Source: Deltaproteobacteria bacterium
GTDB taxonomy: Bacteria > Myxococcota > Kuafuiibacteriia > Kuafuiibacteriales > Kuafuiibacteriaceae
Length of the DNA stretch: 64,000 nt
Direction of reading: 5' to 3'
NCBI GenBank assembly: GCA_011526105.1
Contig: WYAZ01000135.1
Span: forward strand, 83,190-147,189
Position 1 is the first letter of the stretch, and every line of letters starts with the position of its first letter. Shown here piece after piece: positions 18,912 through 28,011 of this stretch. The notes beneath the pieces are model-generated. The model was given only the letters and a program-made list of their open reading frames with translations, did no database searches and was not told the DNA's origin. A program made the translations under genes and the position numbers.

Positions 18912-19685
18912 TCAGAGCTCCCAGTCGTATTCGATGGTGAGCGGCGCGTGATCCGAAAACTTTCGTCGCCGGTAGACCGAGACCGCGCGTGCTCGCCCTC
19001 CTAGGCGCGGACTGACGACCTGCAGATCGATGCGCCAGCCCACGTTCTTGGCCCATGCCTGACCGCGATTCGACCACCACGTGTACTCGCGTGGGGCCTG
19101 GCTCACCGCGCGGTGCGCGTCCACCCAGCCGAGCTCGTCGTAGATCTGATCGAGCCACGCACGCTCATCGGGGAGAAAGCCGGAGGTCTTCTGATTCGAG
19201 CGCCAGTTCTCGAGATCGATGTTGCGATGCGCGATGTTCCAGTCTCCGGCGATGAGGAACTCTCTGGACTCATCGCGGCGCCTCGCGAGGTGCTCCCGAA
19301 AGCGCCGCATGAAGCTGTACTTGTAGGCTTGGCGTTCCTCGGAGCTCGAGCCCGACGGCAGGTATAGAGAGATAACAGAAAGCGAACCGAAGTCGGCGCG
19401 TAGGTAGCGGCCTTCGCGGTCGATGTCGTCGATACCCAGGCCTTCGACCACGCGGTCGGGCTCTTTCTTGGTGTAGATGGCCACGCCGCTGTAGCCCTTC
19501 TTCTCCGCTTCGTGAAAGTACGCGAAGTAGCCCTTGGGCCGAAGCAGCCCAGGTCGAAGGTCGCTTTTCGAGGCTCGGGTCTCCTGGAGGCAGACGATGT
19601 CCGGGGACTCGCGCCGGAACCAGCGCATGAAGCCCTTCTCCGCCGCAGAACGCAGACCGTTGGCGTTGAAGGAGACAACTCGCAC
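18912..19685 (-). CDS. xthA: exodeoxyribonuclease III (EEP family AP endonuclease)
   Basis: MRVVSFNANGLRS…DIVCLQETR…WSNRG…RIDLQVVSP…SDHAPL, the hallmark motifs of the Xth/Ape1 family. Confidence 0.85.
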   Translation of the reverse strand: MRVVSFNANGLRSAAEKGFMRWFRRESPDIVCLQETRASKSDLRPGLLRPKGYFAYFHEAEKKGYSGVAIYTKKEPDRVVEGLGIDDIDREGRYLRADFGSLSVISLYLPSGSSSEERQAYKYSFMRRFREHLARRRDESREFLIAGDWNIAHRNIDLENWRSNQKTSGFLPDERAWLDQIYDELGWVDAHRAVSQAPREYTWWSNRGQAWAKNVGWRIDLQVVSPRLGGRARAVSVYRRRKFSDHAPLTIEYDWEL

Positions 19686-19745
19686 CCGGATCTACTAGCA
19701 AGCTTCGGGTCGACGGCAAAGCTTGCTCGTACTAGCATCGATCGT

Positions 19746-20828
19746 ATGTTCCGCGTGTACGGATGGGGCCTGGCTTGTTCCTTGGCTGCCTGCGCGAGCG
19801 CCCCCGAAGCTGGCCGGGAGGCCGGTGGGCATGAACACGAGCACGGCGCGCACGAGCTCACGCCGATGGTCCGCGGCGACGAACCTCACCTCGCGAACAT
19901 TCGCCAGCTCACCTTCGGCGGGGAGAACGCTGAGGCCTACTTCTCTGTCGACGGAACGGAGCTCAGCTTTCAGAGCACACGGGACGATCTCGAGTGTGAC
20001 CAGATCTTTCGTATGAACGCGGACGGCTCAAACCTGCGCATGGTCTCTACCGGCCGAGGCCGCACGACCTGCGCGTACATCCAAACCGACGGCAGCCTCA
20101 TCTACGCGTCCACACATGGTCATGGCGCCGGTTGCCTGTGGAAGGCGGATCACAGCATGGGCTACGTCTGGCCCCTGTATCCGGAGATGGACATCTGGGC
20201 TGCGGACGCCGACGGTTCCAACCCGCGCGTGCTCTTCGCTTCAGATGGCTACGACGCCGAAGCGACGGTCTGCGCCAAGGACGGGCGGGTTCTCTTCACC
20301 TCCACCAAAGACGGTGACCTCGATCTCTACATGATGGAGCGGGATGGCACGAACGTCCGTCAGCTCACGAACACGCCGGGGTACGACGGGGGCGCGTTCT
20401 TCTCTTCGGACTGCTCCAAGATCGTGTGGCGGGCCTCGAGACCCGAGGGAGACGCGCTGGTCGAGTACCGGGCGCTGCTCGAGAAGAACCTGGTGCGGCC
20501 CAGCAAGCTCGAGATCTTCGTCGCCGATGCGGACGGTCAGAACGTCGTGCAGGTGACCAAGAGCGGCGCGGCCAGCTTTGCCCCGTACCTGCACCCGGAC
20601 AACCAACGGCTGGTCTACGTCTCCAACAAGCACGACCCCAATGGACGCAACTTCGACATCTTTCTCATCCACGTCGACGGCACGAACGAGTCGCAGATCA
20701 CGCACAACCCCAGCTTCGACGGCTTCCCCATGTGGACCCATGACGGCGAGAAGCTGGTCTTTGCCTCGAACCGGACGAACCAGCGGCCGGGCGAGACCAA
20801 CGTGTTCATCGCGGATTGGGTGGAGTGA
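19746..20828 (+). CDS. TolB-like beta-propeller (PD40/WD40-like repeat) lipoprotein
   Basis: Start refined to ATG 19746, giving signal MFRVYGWGLACSLAAC (lipobox). Repeated DGxxLxF/SxxxDG…D(I/L)(Y/F)xM blades (DGTELSFQSTRDD, DGSNLRMVS, DGRVLFTSTKDGDLDLYMM, DGTNVRQLT, DGEKLVFASNRT). Confidence 0.75.
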   Translation: MFRVYGWGLACSLAACASAPEAGREAGGHEHEHGAHELTPMVRGDEPHLANIRQLTFGGENAEAYFSVDGTELSFQSTRDDLECDQIFRMNADGSNLRMVSTGRGRTTCAYIQTDGSLIYASTHGHGAGCLWKADHSMGYVWPLYPEMDIWAADADGSNPRVLFASDGYDAEATVCAKDGRVLFTSTKDGDLDLYMMERDGTNVRQLTNTPGYDGGAFFSSDCSKIVWRASRPEGDALVEYRALLEKNLVRPSKLEIFVADADGQNVVQVTKSGAASFAPYLHPDNQRLVYVSNKHDPNGRNFDIFLIHVDGTNESQITHNPSFDGFPMWTHDGEKLVFASNRTNQRPGETNVFIADWVE

Positions 20829-20833
20829 ACGCC

Positions 20834-22033
20834 ATGCCGTTCTCTCAGGTCCGCGAAGAGATCCGCGCCATCCAGAGCGAACTCGTCGCGCTTCGGCACG
20901 ACCTGCACAAACACCCAGAGCTCGGCTTCGAAGAGGTACGAACTCAGCAGGTCATTCGCGCGTGGCTCGAGTCGCGTGGCTACACACCCAAGGACTCCGC
21001 CGGCACCGGGCTCTACGCGGATCTTAAGCCCACACACGGCTCCGGACCGATGGTGGCCCTGCGGGCGGACATCGACTGCTTGCCGATGCACGAGCTCACC
21101 GATCTACCGTATCGCTCGGTGCACGCGGGCCGCGCTCACAAGTGCGGGCACGACGGGCACACCGCCATTCTGCTGGGCACCGCCGCGATCCTCGCTCGCC
21201 ACAAAGATGAACTCCCCGGCAACGTTCGGTTGCTCTTTCAGCCCGCCGAAGAAGGGGTGCGTGGCGGTGGGGCGCGCGTGATGGTCGCCGAGGGCGCTCT
21301 CGAAGGTGTCTCGGAGGTCTACGGTCTCCACAACTGGCCAGCGTGGCCCCTGGGGGACGTGCGGGTGAAGGCCGGCGCCATGATGGCGCAGGTTCATGCT
21401 TTCGAGATCGAACTCATCGGCAAGGGCGGGCATGGGAGCCAACCGCAGCTCTGTAGAGATCCGATCGTGGCGGCCTCTCATCTCGTGACCGCGCTGCAGA
21501 CCGTGGTTTCGCGCGGCTTTGGCTACGAGGGCGGCGCGGTGCTGAGCGTCTGCTCTTTTCAAGCCGGGACCACCAACAACGTGATTCCGGAGCGAGCCAA
21601 GCTCTCCGGCACCATCCGCAGCTTCGAGCCTAGGGCCACCGCGCGGGTGCTCGAGCGCTTTCGGCAAGTGCTGAGCGGGGTGTCGGCCAGCTTTGGGGTC
21701 GAGGTCAATGAGACCATCGAGGTCGGTTATCCGGTGCTCATGAACGACTCAGGCTGCGCGGAGGTCGTTCGGCGTGTCGCCATCGAGGCCTTCGGAGCCG
21801 AGCGTGTGAGCGAAGCGGATCTTCCGATGGCGGGCGGGGAAGACTTCGCCTACTTCGCGCAGGCGAGGCCGTCGGCGTACTTCTTTCTCGGCGCCAAACG
21901 CGGCGAGGAAGACACCCCGGTCTGCCATCATCCAGACTTCGACTTCGATGACCGCTTGATCCCGGTGGGCATCGAGCTGTTCTCGCGGATCGTATGGGAC
22001 CGCCTGTCCGGGCGTCCGTTGGTCGGCCCATGA
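20834..22033 (+). CDS. M20-family amidohydrolase (hippurate hydrolase / N-acyl-amino acid amidohydrolase-like)
   Basis: Start refined to ATG 20834 (MPFSQVREE…). LHKHPELGFEE, ALRADIDCLP, HKCGHDGHTA, LLFQPAEEG, the characteristic metal-binding motifs of the M20D family. Confidence 0.85.
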   Translation: MPFSQVREEIRAIQSELVALRHDLHKHPELGFEEVRTQQVIRAWLESRGYTPKDSAGTGLYADLKPTHGSGPMVALRADIDCLPMHELTDLPYRSVHAGRAHKCGHDGHTAILLGTAAILARHKDELPGNVRLLFQPAEEGVRGGGARVMVAEGALEGVSEVYGLHNWPAWPLGDVRVKAGAMMAQVHAFEIELIGKGGHGSQPQLCRDPIVAASHLVTALQTVVSRGFGYEGGAVLSVCSFQAGTTNNVIPERAKLSGTIRSFEPRATARVLERFRQVLSGVSASFGVEVNETIEVGYPVLMNDSGCAEVVRRVAIEAFGAERVSEADLPMAGGEDFAYFAQARPSAYFFLGAKRGEEDTPVCHHPDFDFDDRLIPVGIELFSRIVWDRLSGRPLVGP

Positions 22034-22101
22034 CTGCCGCGTCCTTCTAGGGCGCCGAATGGTGGCTTTACTCCATCCTCCAGCGGGCCTATGAACAGAC
22101 C

Positions 22102-22344
22102 ATGAGCGACGAAGAGATGAAGGCCGAACTCGAGCGCTTGCGGGCCGAGAACGAGGCGCTCAAGAAGCGCACCACGCGCGGAGTCTCGATGAAGGTGAGC
22201 GAGAAGGGCGGCCTCTCTGTCTACGGTCTGGGTCGCTTCCCCATCACGCTCTACAAGGAGCAGTGGACCAAGCTTCTCGACATGGCTGACGACATCCGAG
22301 CGTTCCTCGCGGAGAACGACGCCAAGCTCAAGACCAAGGAATGA
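22102..22344 (+). CDS. small conserved-looking hypothetical protein (80 aa) with N-terminal coiled coil
   Basis: MSDEEMKAELERLRAENEALKKR… followed by a compact segment GLSVYGLGRFPITLYKEQW. Native codon bias. Convergent with the 766-aa gene. Confidence 0.5.
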   Translation: MSDEEMKAELERLRAENEALKKRTTRGVSMKVSEKGGLSVYGLGRFPITLYKEQWTKLLDMADDIRAFLAENDAKLKTKE

Positions 22345-22364
22345 ACCCCGAGGCCCGCCTGGCC

Positions 22365-24665
22365 TCAGGCCACCGCCGGCGGGGCGCTCTGATAGCCGCG
22401 TCCCACCTGGTCATTGCCGAGCGCGGCGACCGTGGTCGCAGAGAGCTGCTCACGGTACTTCTTCACGATGGTCAGATTGCCCGAATAGTCGTGGTGCTCG
22501 GCATCGATGAGGCTCACCATCGGGCCGTACGGCAGATCCGCGGGCAAGTTCATGGCCTTCAGGAGCTGCGTCCAGATGCGCTGATCGTTGAAGCGGCTCT
22601 GATCATCGTTGCTCAGCGCGAAGGCCACCACCGCCAGACCCATGAGCTTTCGGTCGACCTCGTTCAGGCCGGAGATCTTCCCCTGGTCTGAGAACTCGAC
22701 CACCGCCGAGTACGCCGTGAGCGCCTCGAGCGCGGAGCGCGAGCTGTGGGCGAGGTTCGAGTTGTAGTCGACCTTGAACACTGGCTTGTTGTTGAAGGGG
22801 TTGGTCCCCTGCGTGAAGCGCAAGAGCGCGTTCGAGTCCTCGGCCTCGAAGAACCCGTTGGCCATGAACTTGTGTTCGACCTGCGAGTTGCTCGAGGTCT
22901 GGCTGTTGTAGTGGGTGGCGACGTTGAGGTCGAGCACCGCGTTCTTGAGGCTCGTGCCTTCGAGCTCATCGGCGTGATGGCCGGAGTCGATGAGCTGGAA
23001 CTCCTTGTCGGAGTTGGTCTGCGCCTTCTTGAGGCCGAACTGATAGAACACGTCGGCCGCGTCCATCACGCCGTCCGAGTCGCCGTCGAGGTGTAGCCAC
23101 CGCACGCTCTTGTGTGTGGCGAGGGTCGGGAAGACGTAGTTGAGATCCACGCCGCTGTGCTCCACCCAGTAGAACTGGTCCAGAGCCGAATCCACGCGCT
23201 TCTCCATGGCCTCGTAATCATCGCCGTGGATGAGGCCCTTCCAGACCGCCACCAAGGCTTCCATGTCTTCGGAGTTCTTGACCCCTTCGAACTGGTTGCC
23301 GTTCTCGTCGACCAGCGTGCCCTTCCAGAAGTACGACGAGTCGAAGGTCGTGATGATTTCGATGTTGCCGAGCGCTTTCAAATCCTCGTCGAGGTTGTCG
23401 AGGCCCGCGCACAACCCGAGCAGCGCGAGCTGCGGCTGATTCGCCTCGAGCCCCTTTAGGAGCGCGTCCTTGACCGAGTTCTCCTGGTTGTTGCCGATGT
23501 TCGAGTGGCCGCCGTAGGAGAAGCCTTTCTTCTTGCCGACGGCTCCGAACATGTCGTCACTGAAGTTGCGAAGGTCGAGACGGATGCCCTTGACCACCGT
23601 CCCGTCGCTTTGAACCTTCGGGGTGGGGAAGGTCAGCTCGAGCGAGGTCGAGTTCCAGGTGCTGCCGGTCTTTTTGAACTTGGCGCCCTCGATGGTTTTG
23701 TCCATCGCGTTCTTGATAAACGACTTGTAGAAGCCTTCGCCGTGACCGGCCACGTGCTCCCAGGAGATGTACCCATCCTGGTCGAGGATGTTCTTCGCAG
23801 GGAATTTGTCGCCGTACTTCTCGCCGAAGACCGCCTTCACATCCGCCTTGTCCGCCGCACCGAGCTTGGCCTGGTACGGTTCCCTGAGCATCTGCTTGAC
23901 CTGCGCGCGTCCGAAGAACTTGTTGGTCTCGTTCTCCGCCGTGCTGAGCAGTGTCTGGTGAATCTGCGAGGAGAGCTGGCTGCCGCTTGGGATGGTGGTG
24001 AACAGGTACCAAAGCGTGGTGAGCACGCTGGACTTGAGCTGGTTGGTCTTCTCCTCGCTCAGCGAAGGAAGTGAGCCGTTCGAGGCCGCGATGAGCTTCA
24101 GGGTGTCGATCCCGTTTTGCACGAGGTCGTTCTTGGACTGCAGGCTCAGCGAGGCAAGTGCCGGGACTCCCTGTTGCGACTGTTGGGCGCGCGAGATGGT
24201 GAGCGCAACACGATAGAAGCCTTCCTCGATCACGACGTTGGAGGGCTTGCCGGCGCTGACAGAGTCAATCACCGGCCAACCCGCGCCATTCAGCATGACC
24301 GGGCGTTTGGCGCCGGGCGGGCTGATGGGGGTGACGTCGCCGCCGGGACCCGGTCCAGGACCAGGCTCGTCGGTCGGGAGCAGTCGATTGGGCAGATCGG
24401 ACTTGAACTCGGTCCAGGCCTTGGCGCCCGCGCGCGAGAAGTTCGTGCTCGTCACTGGGAGTGCCAGGAGGGGCTGGAGTTCGGCGTATTCGGCGGCGGA
24501 GATGTTCCGCACCTTTCCGGTCGCGGGATCGACCTTGTCCGTGGCCTCCGGCTCGGTGGCCTGCCGAATGACCTCTTTGACCTCGGCCTTGTACAGCTTG
24601 GTTCCGCCACTTCCGATGGGGCTCAAACCCCTAAAAACCGCGTCCTTGACCCCTGATCCGCTCAT
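22365..24665 (-). CDS. large orphan cytoplasmic protein (766 aa), K/N/S-rich, possible protease-like His/Cys dyad
   Basis: Uninterrupted 2.3 kb ORF with native GC3-rich codons. No signal peptide. PGPGPGG linker near residue 95. The central segment has GFSYGGHSNIGNN followed ~35 aa later by QPQLALLGLCAGLDNL, a beta-strand-His … beta-strand-Cys pattern. DGDSDG is a Ca-binding-like motif. Confidence 0.7.
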   Translation of the reverse strand: MSGSGVKDAVFRGLSPIGSGGTKLYKAEVKEVIRQATEPEATDKVDPATGKVRNISAAEYAELQPLLALPVTSTNFSRAGAKAWTEFKSDLPNRLLPTDEPGPGPGPGGDVTPISPPGAKRPVMLNGAGWPVIDSVSAGKPSNVVIEEGFYRVALTISRAQQSQQGVPALASLSLQSKNDLVQNGIDTLKLIAASNGSLPSLSEEKTNQLKSSVLTTLWYLFTTIPSGSQLSSQIHQTLLSTAENETNKFFGRAQVKQMLREPYQAKLGAADKADVKAVFGEKYGDKFPAKNILDQDGYISWEHVAGHGEGFYKSFIKNAMDKTIEGAKFKKTGSTWNSTSLELTFPTPKVQSDGTVVKGIRLDLRNFSDDMFGAVGKKKGFSYGGHSNIGNNQENSVKDALLKGLEANQPQLALLGLCAGLDNLDEDLKALGNIEIITTFDSSYFWKGTLVDENGNQFEGVKNSEDMEALVAVWKGLIHGDDYEAMEKRVDSALDQFYWVEHSGVDLNYVFPTLATHKSVRWLHLDGDSDGVMDAADVFYQFGLKKAQTNSDKEFQLIDSGHHADELEGTSLKNAVLDLNVATHYNSQTSSNSQVEHKFMANGFFEAEDSNALLRFTQGTNPFNNKPVFKVDYNSNLAHSSRSALEALTAYSAVVEFSDQGKISGLNEVDRKLMGLAVVAFALSNDDQSRFNDQRIWTQLLKAMNLPADLPYGPMVSLIDAEHHDYSGNLTIVKKYREQLSATTVAALGNDQVGRGYQSAPPAVA

Positions 24666-24746
24666 ATCTCGGCATTATCGACAGGAGGTGGGACATGATG
24701 CGACAATCAACGGGCTCGCGGGTCGGGCTTACCGAGCGGTCTCCAA

Positions 24747-25556
24747 ATGTCTGAAATCGATATGGAATCCGTCCACGCCCTGCGTATTGCCCGGAGGCAG
24801 GCGCGCGCAGCTCGCAAGTTCGGGCGAACCAAGGAAGACCGCCGGAACTACCGTCTCGAGCTCGCCTACGATGGAAGCGGGTTCATCGGCTGGCAGCAGC
24901 AGCCGAACGGGCGCACGGTCGAAGGGGCCCTGGTCGAGGCGCTGCGACCTCTGGTCCCTGGCATCCGCGGGCTCATGGTGGGGGGCCGCACCGATCGAGG
25001 TGTGCACGCGAGCGGGCAGGTCGCATCGTTTTGGACCTATCAAACGCTGGACGCCCTCGACATCCGGGACGCCCTCAACGAAGCCGCACCAGGTGAGATC
25101 TACTGCGCGAGTGTTCGGCGTGTGCCCCGACGGTTTCATGCGCGCTTCTCCGCAAAGAGCCGAGCCTATGCCTATCTTCACGACGACGGTGGGGCGCTCG
25201 ATGTCGACCGTCTGAATCGGCTGCTCACCCCCCTCGTGGGTCTACACGACTTCTTCGCGTTTTCGCGCAGCACTCCGGTGGGGGCGTCCACCATTCGCCG
25301 CATCTACGCCGCCTGCGTGCGGCGCGTTCGGCTCGAAGAAGATCGTTCTGGACTGGCGTTCATCTTTTCGGGGAACGGTTTCATTCGGCATCAGATCCGC
25401 GTGATGGTCGCCACGCTTCTGAGAGAAGCCACCTCGAATCGCTCAGACGGCGTGATGCTCGAACTCTTGCTCGCGCGAGAACGCATGGAAACTGCAGAGC
25501 CGGCCTCACCCGGGGGCTTGATCCTCACCAAGATCGGGTACGATGCGGAGACATGA
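24747..25556 (+). CDS. truA: tRNA pseudouridine(38-40) synthase
   Basis: RLELAYDGSGFIGWQQQ and GGRTDRGVHASGQV (catalytic Asp in the RTDxGVH motif). Confidence 0.85.
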   Translation: MSEIDMESVHALRIARRQARAARKFGRTKEDRRNYRLELAYDGSGFIGWQQQPNGRTVEGALVEALRPLVPGIRGLMVGGRTDRGVHASGQVASFWTYQTLDALDIRDALNEAAPGEIYCASVRRVPRRFHARFSAKSRAYAYLHDDGGALDVDRLNRLLTPLVGLHDFFAFSRSTPVGASTIRRIYAACVRRVRLEEDRSGLAFIFSGNGFIRHQIRVMVATLLREATSNRSDGVMLELLLARERMETAEPASPGGLILTKIGYDAET

Positions 25557-26611
25557 CTCTCGGACGCCGGTGCCTCGCCTCGCTCATGCTCTATGGTCTC
25601 GTGGCGTCCTGCAGTGACTCCGTCGGTGCCGACGATCTCGGCACGACAAACAGCGATGCCACCCTGCGTCCGGATGCGGCGGGTCCGACAGACTCGGGCC
25701 TTCGGACGGACGCGACCCCGCGCTCTGATCTAGGTGCCGACGCCGGTGTCCCGACGGACGCGGAGCCAGCCGCGGACGCAGATCCAACCCGCGACGCAGA
25801 CCCGGCCGCGGACGCAGACCCGGCCGCGGACGCACAGCCCGCCGCCGACGTGGAGCCGGCTGCCGATGCAGCGCCCGGCGCCGATGTCGGTCCGACGGCC
25901 GATGCAGCGCCTGGCGCCGATGTTGATCCTGCTGCTGATGCCAGCGCCGATGCGGGTCCCGCTCCGGATGCCGGTTCCGCGTCGGACAGCGGTGTGGGCC
26001 CCTCGGCCTGCGCGGTGCCGCCCTCGGCGGCGATGAGCTTCTTCGTGACCGAGGACGGCCATCTGAGCGGCGACTTCGGTGGGCTCATCGGCGCCGATCT
26101 CCGCTGCAGCCAGATCGCGACGGCGGCCGGCATCACCGGCCGAACCTGGGTGGCGTACCTCTCTGCTCTCAGCGACGCCACCTACGGTCGCGTGGACGCG
26201 CGCGATCGAATCGGCGCCGGGCCATGGACCAACCATGACGGCGTCACGACCGGTGCGAATGCGGCCATCCACGGCGCCACCGGAATCCCACCGAGCGTGA
26301 TCCTCACCGAGTGTGGGCGGCTCGTGGAGTTCGATGCAAACGACTTCGGTGGCGACCCTGGAGCCCACGACGTCTTCACCGGCAGCACGCCTCAGGGCAC
26401 ACTTGAGTACATCTTCGGTGATCCGCAGTTCGGGCCGGGAACCTGCGGGGATTGGACCTCTGGGCTCGCAGCCGACAAGGCATACGTCGGTCACACCGAC
26501 TGGGGGGTCGGGGACACATGGAATGCGTCGCACATCACCTCCGGCTGCGACGAGGAAAGCTTACGCCTCACCGCGGCGAACGGACGTCTCTATTGCTTCG
26601 CGACCGACTGA
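25553..26611 (+). CDS. lipoprotein with Asp/Ala/Pro-rich repetitive linker and Cys-containing C-terminal domain
   Basis: ATGA overlap with truA. Signal MTLGRRCLASLMLYGLVASC. A ~90-aa (P-A-A-D-A-x)n linker precedes a C-terminal domain of ~200 aa with 6 Cys. Confidence 0.7.
   Translation: MTLGRRCLASLMLYGLVASCSDSVGADDLGTTNSDATLRPDAAGPTDSGLRTDATPRSDLGADAGVPTDAEPAADADPTRDADPAADADPAADAQPAADVEPAADAAPGADVGPTADAAPGADVDPAADASADAGPAPDAGSASDSGVGPSACAVPPSAAMSFFVTEDGHLSGDFGGLIGADLRCSQIATAAGITGRTWVAYLSALSDATYGRVDARDRIGAGPWTNHDGVTTGANAAIHGATGIPPSVILTECGRLVEFDANDFGGDPGAHDVFTGSTPQGTLEYIFGDPQFGPGTCGDWTSGLAADKAYVGHTDWGVGDTWNASHITSGCDEESLRLTAANGRLYCFATD
25750..25945. repeat. imperfect coding tandem repeats (18-nt units gccgcggacgcagacccg; 36-nt unit gccgatgcagcgccYggcgccgatgtYg x2)
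   Basis: Direct repeats visible in the sequence, encoding PAADADPAADA… within the lipoprotein linker. Confidence 0.7.
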
Positions 26612-28011
26612 GAGCCCGGGCGAGGCGCGGACTCGCTCCGAGCGCGCTCGGTGGGGCCAGCATCGCTCTTTTCGCGGCGTGTACGCCGGGCTCGGTGTTT
26701 GTGCCGCTGCCCAGCGAGCCCTTTGAGAGCATGGTCTTGGTGCTCGAGGCCCAAGCGGCATCTTCGTGGGCGACCGCGATCGCAGACGATCGCGCCGCCA
26801 TCTTCACACCCGAAACCGATCTCGACATGCAGGTGGCGCTCGAGGCCATCCTGCACCCTACGACCCTAGAATCGCTGGGGCTCGAGACGGGTCCCATCGA
26901 GCCGGACCCAGATGGCTTCTGCCTTCCCTTCGAGGGAGCGCGCGTTTACCGGACCGAGGTGCAAGCAGATCAGACATCGGCGTGGATGGAGGTCGCCGGT
27001 CCAAGCGCGGTCACGCGTGCTTTTCGCCGCTCGGCCATCGAAGAGCCTTGCGCCTTCGAGATCACCGGTTCGATCGCGATCCCCACGGGTGAAGCGGCCA
27101 CGCTGCTCGCGGCGAGCGCCGACGGTGAGCGTATCGTCGCCGGCACGAGTGTTGGCCTGTTTATTCTGAATCGCCGTGGGGATGTTCTCTTCGAGGAGTC
27201 TGGCGCCTGGTGTGCCGGTCAGAAGGTCCTCGATACGGAGCGGGTTGTCCTCGCCCGCTGCGACGGGCGCATCATGGAGCTCGGGCTCGAGTCACAGCCG
27301 CCCGTCCTGACGGAGCTCTTCCGGCTCAGCGCCGCGCAGAACGGCGGTCAAGGCGTGGGCGCGATCCTGTCCCAAGAGGTCTCCGGCGGCCTCGAGGTCT
27401 TCATGCTCACCATCGAGGGGCTCGTGCTCTGGCGCGCGCCTGGTTCGGAAGTGGCACAAGTACACGTCTTCGAGCGCTCCGACAGCTCCGCGCGATTCCT
27501 GGGTGGCCTCGCGATTGTGGGGCCGTCACACGCGCTCGTCGGCGTCGAGTCAAACGCGTCGATGCTCGAGTTCGAGGGCGGAGTGGGACGCCTCGTGGAT
27601 GTTGGATTGGACAGTGGCATCTCGACCATCAACCACTCCGAATGGGGGACGATGCTCGGGACCACGACCGGCGGCCTCTGGCATCGTGCGCCGGGCGCAT
27701 CCGAGTTTCGCGCGATCGAGAACTCCCCGAACCAAGCCTGGATGGTGGCGGTCGAACCCCTGACGAACGGTGACTACCTCTATGCGCTGACCTTCGGGTC
27801 GGTCGGACTCTATGAGGTGGGGCGCGGCTTCTGTGGGCCGGAGGTGTTGAGCGCTCAGAGCCACCGCCGCATGATCCGTTTCGGTGACGGGTTCGCGGTG
27901 AGTGGTCAGAACAGCGGCCTGGTCCGCACCCCGATCACGCTCTTCAACGTCAAGAGGAGCGGACGTCAGCTCACTCGGGACTGCGGCCCGGGTGTGGACG
28001 GCGGTCGCTGA
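26608..28011 (+). CDS. hypothetical lipoprotein (start codon unresolved)
   Basis: Long ORF with native codon bias whose first Met is at about 26723. Upstream in frame is a perfect lipoprotein signal (RRGLAPSALGGASIALFAACTPGS) with no ATG/GTG/TTG available. A CTG at 26608 overlapping the previous stop is the only candidate, so the 5' end is uncertain. Confidence 0.5.
   Translation: MRARARRGLAPSALGGASIALFAACTPGSVFVPLPSEPFESMVLVLEAQAASSWATAIADDRAAIFTPETDLDMQVALEAILHPTTLESLGLETGPIEPDPDGFCLPFEGARVYRTEVQADQTSAWMEVAGPSAVTRAFRRSAIEEPCAFEITGSIAIPTGEAATLLAASADGERIVAGTSVGLFILNRRGDVLFEESGAWCAGQKVLDTERVVLARCDGRIMELGLESQPPVLTELFRLSAAQNGGQGVGAILSQEVSGGLEVFMLTIEGLVLWRAPGSEVAQVHVFERSDSSARFLGGLAIVGPSHALVGVESNASMLEFEGGVGRLVDVGLDSGISTINHSEWGTMLGTTTGGLWHRAPGASEFRAIENSPNQAWMVAVEPLTNGDYLYALTFGSVGLYEVGRGFCGPEVLSAQSHRRMIRFGDGFAVSGQNSGLVRTPITLFNVKRSGRQLTRDCGPGVDGGR

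Noticed and set aside
22350-22366. GAGGCC-N5-GGCCTC hairpin between the convergent genes at 22.3 kb, a possible bidirectional terminator
   Set aside because: Short 6-bp stem with no U-tract, and it overlaps a stop codon. Too weak to call a terminator.
22365-24665. Possibility that the K/N-rich 766-aa gene (and the ATP-grasp gene at 55279..56766) are recent horizontal imports from a low-GC donor
   Set aside because: Third-codon positions are strongly G/C, like the rest of the window. The unusual amino-acid composition is encoded with native codon usage, so no compositional island is supported.
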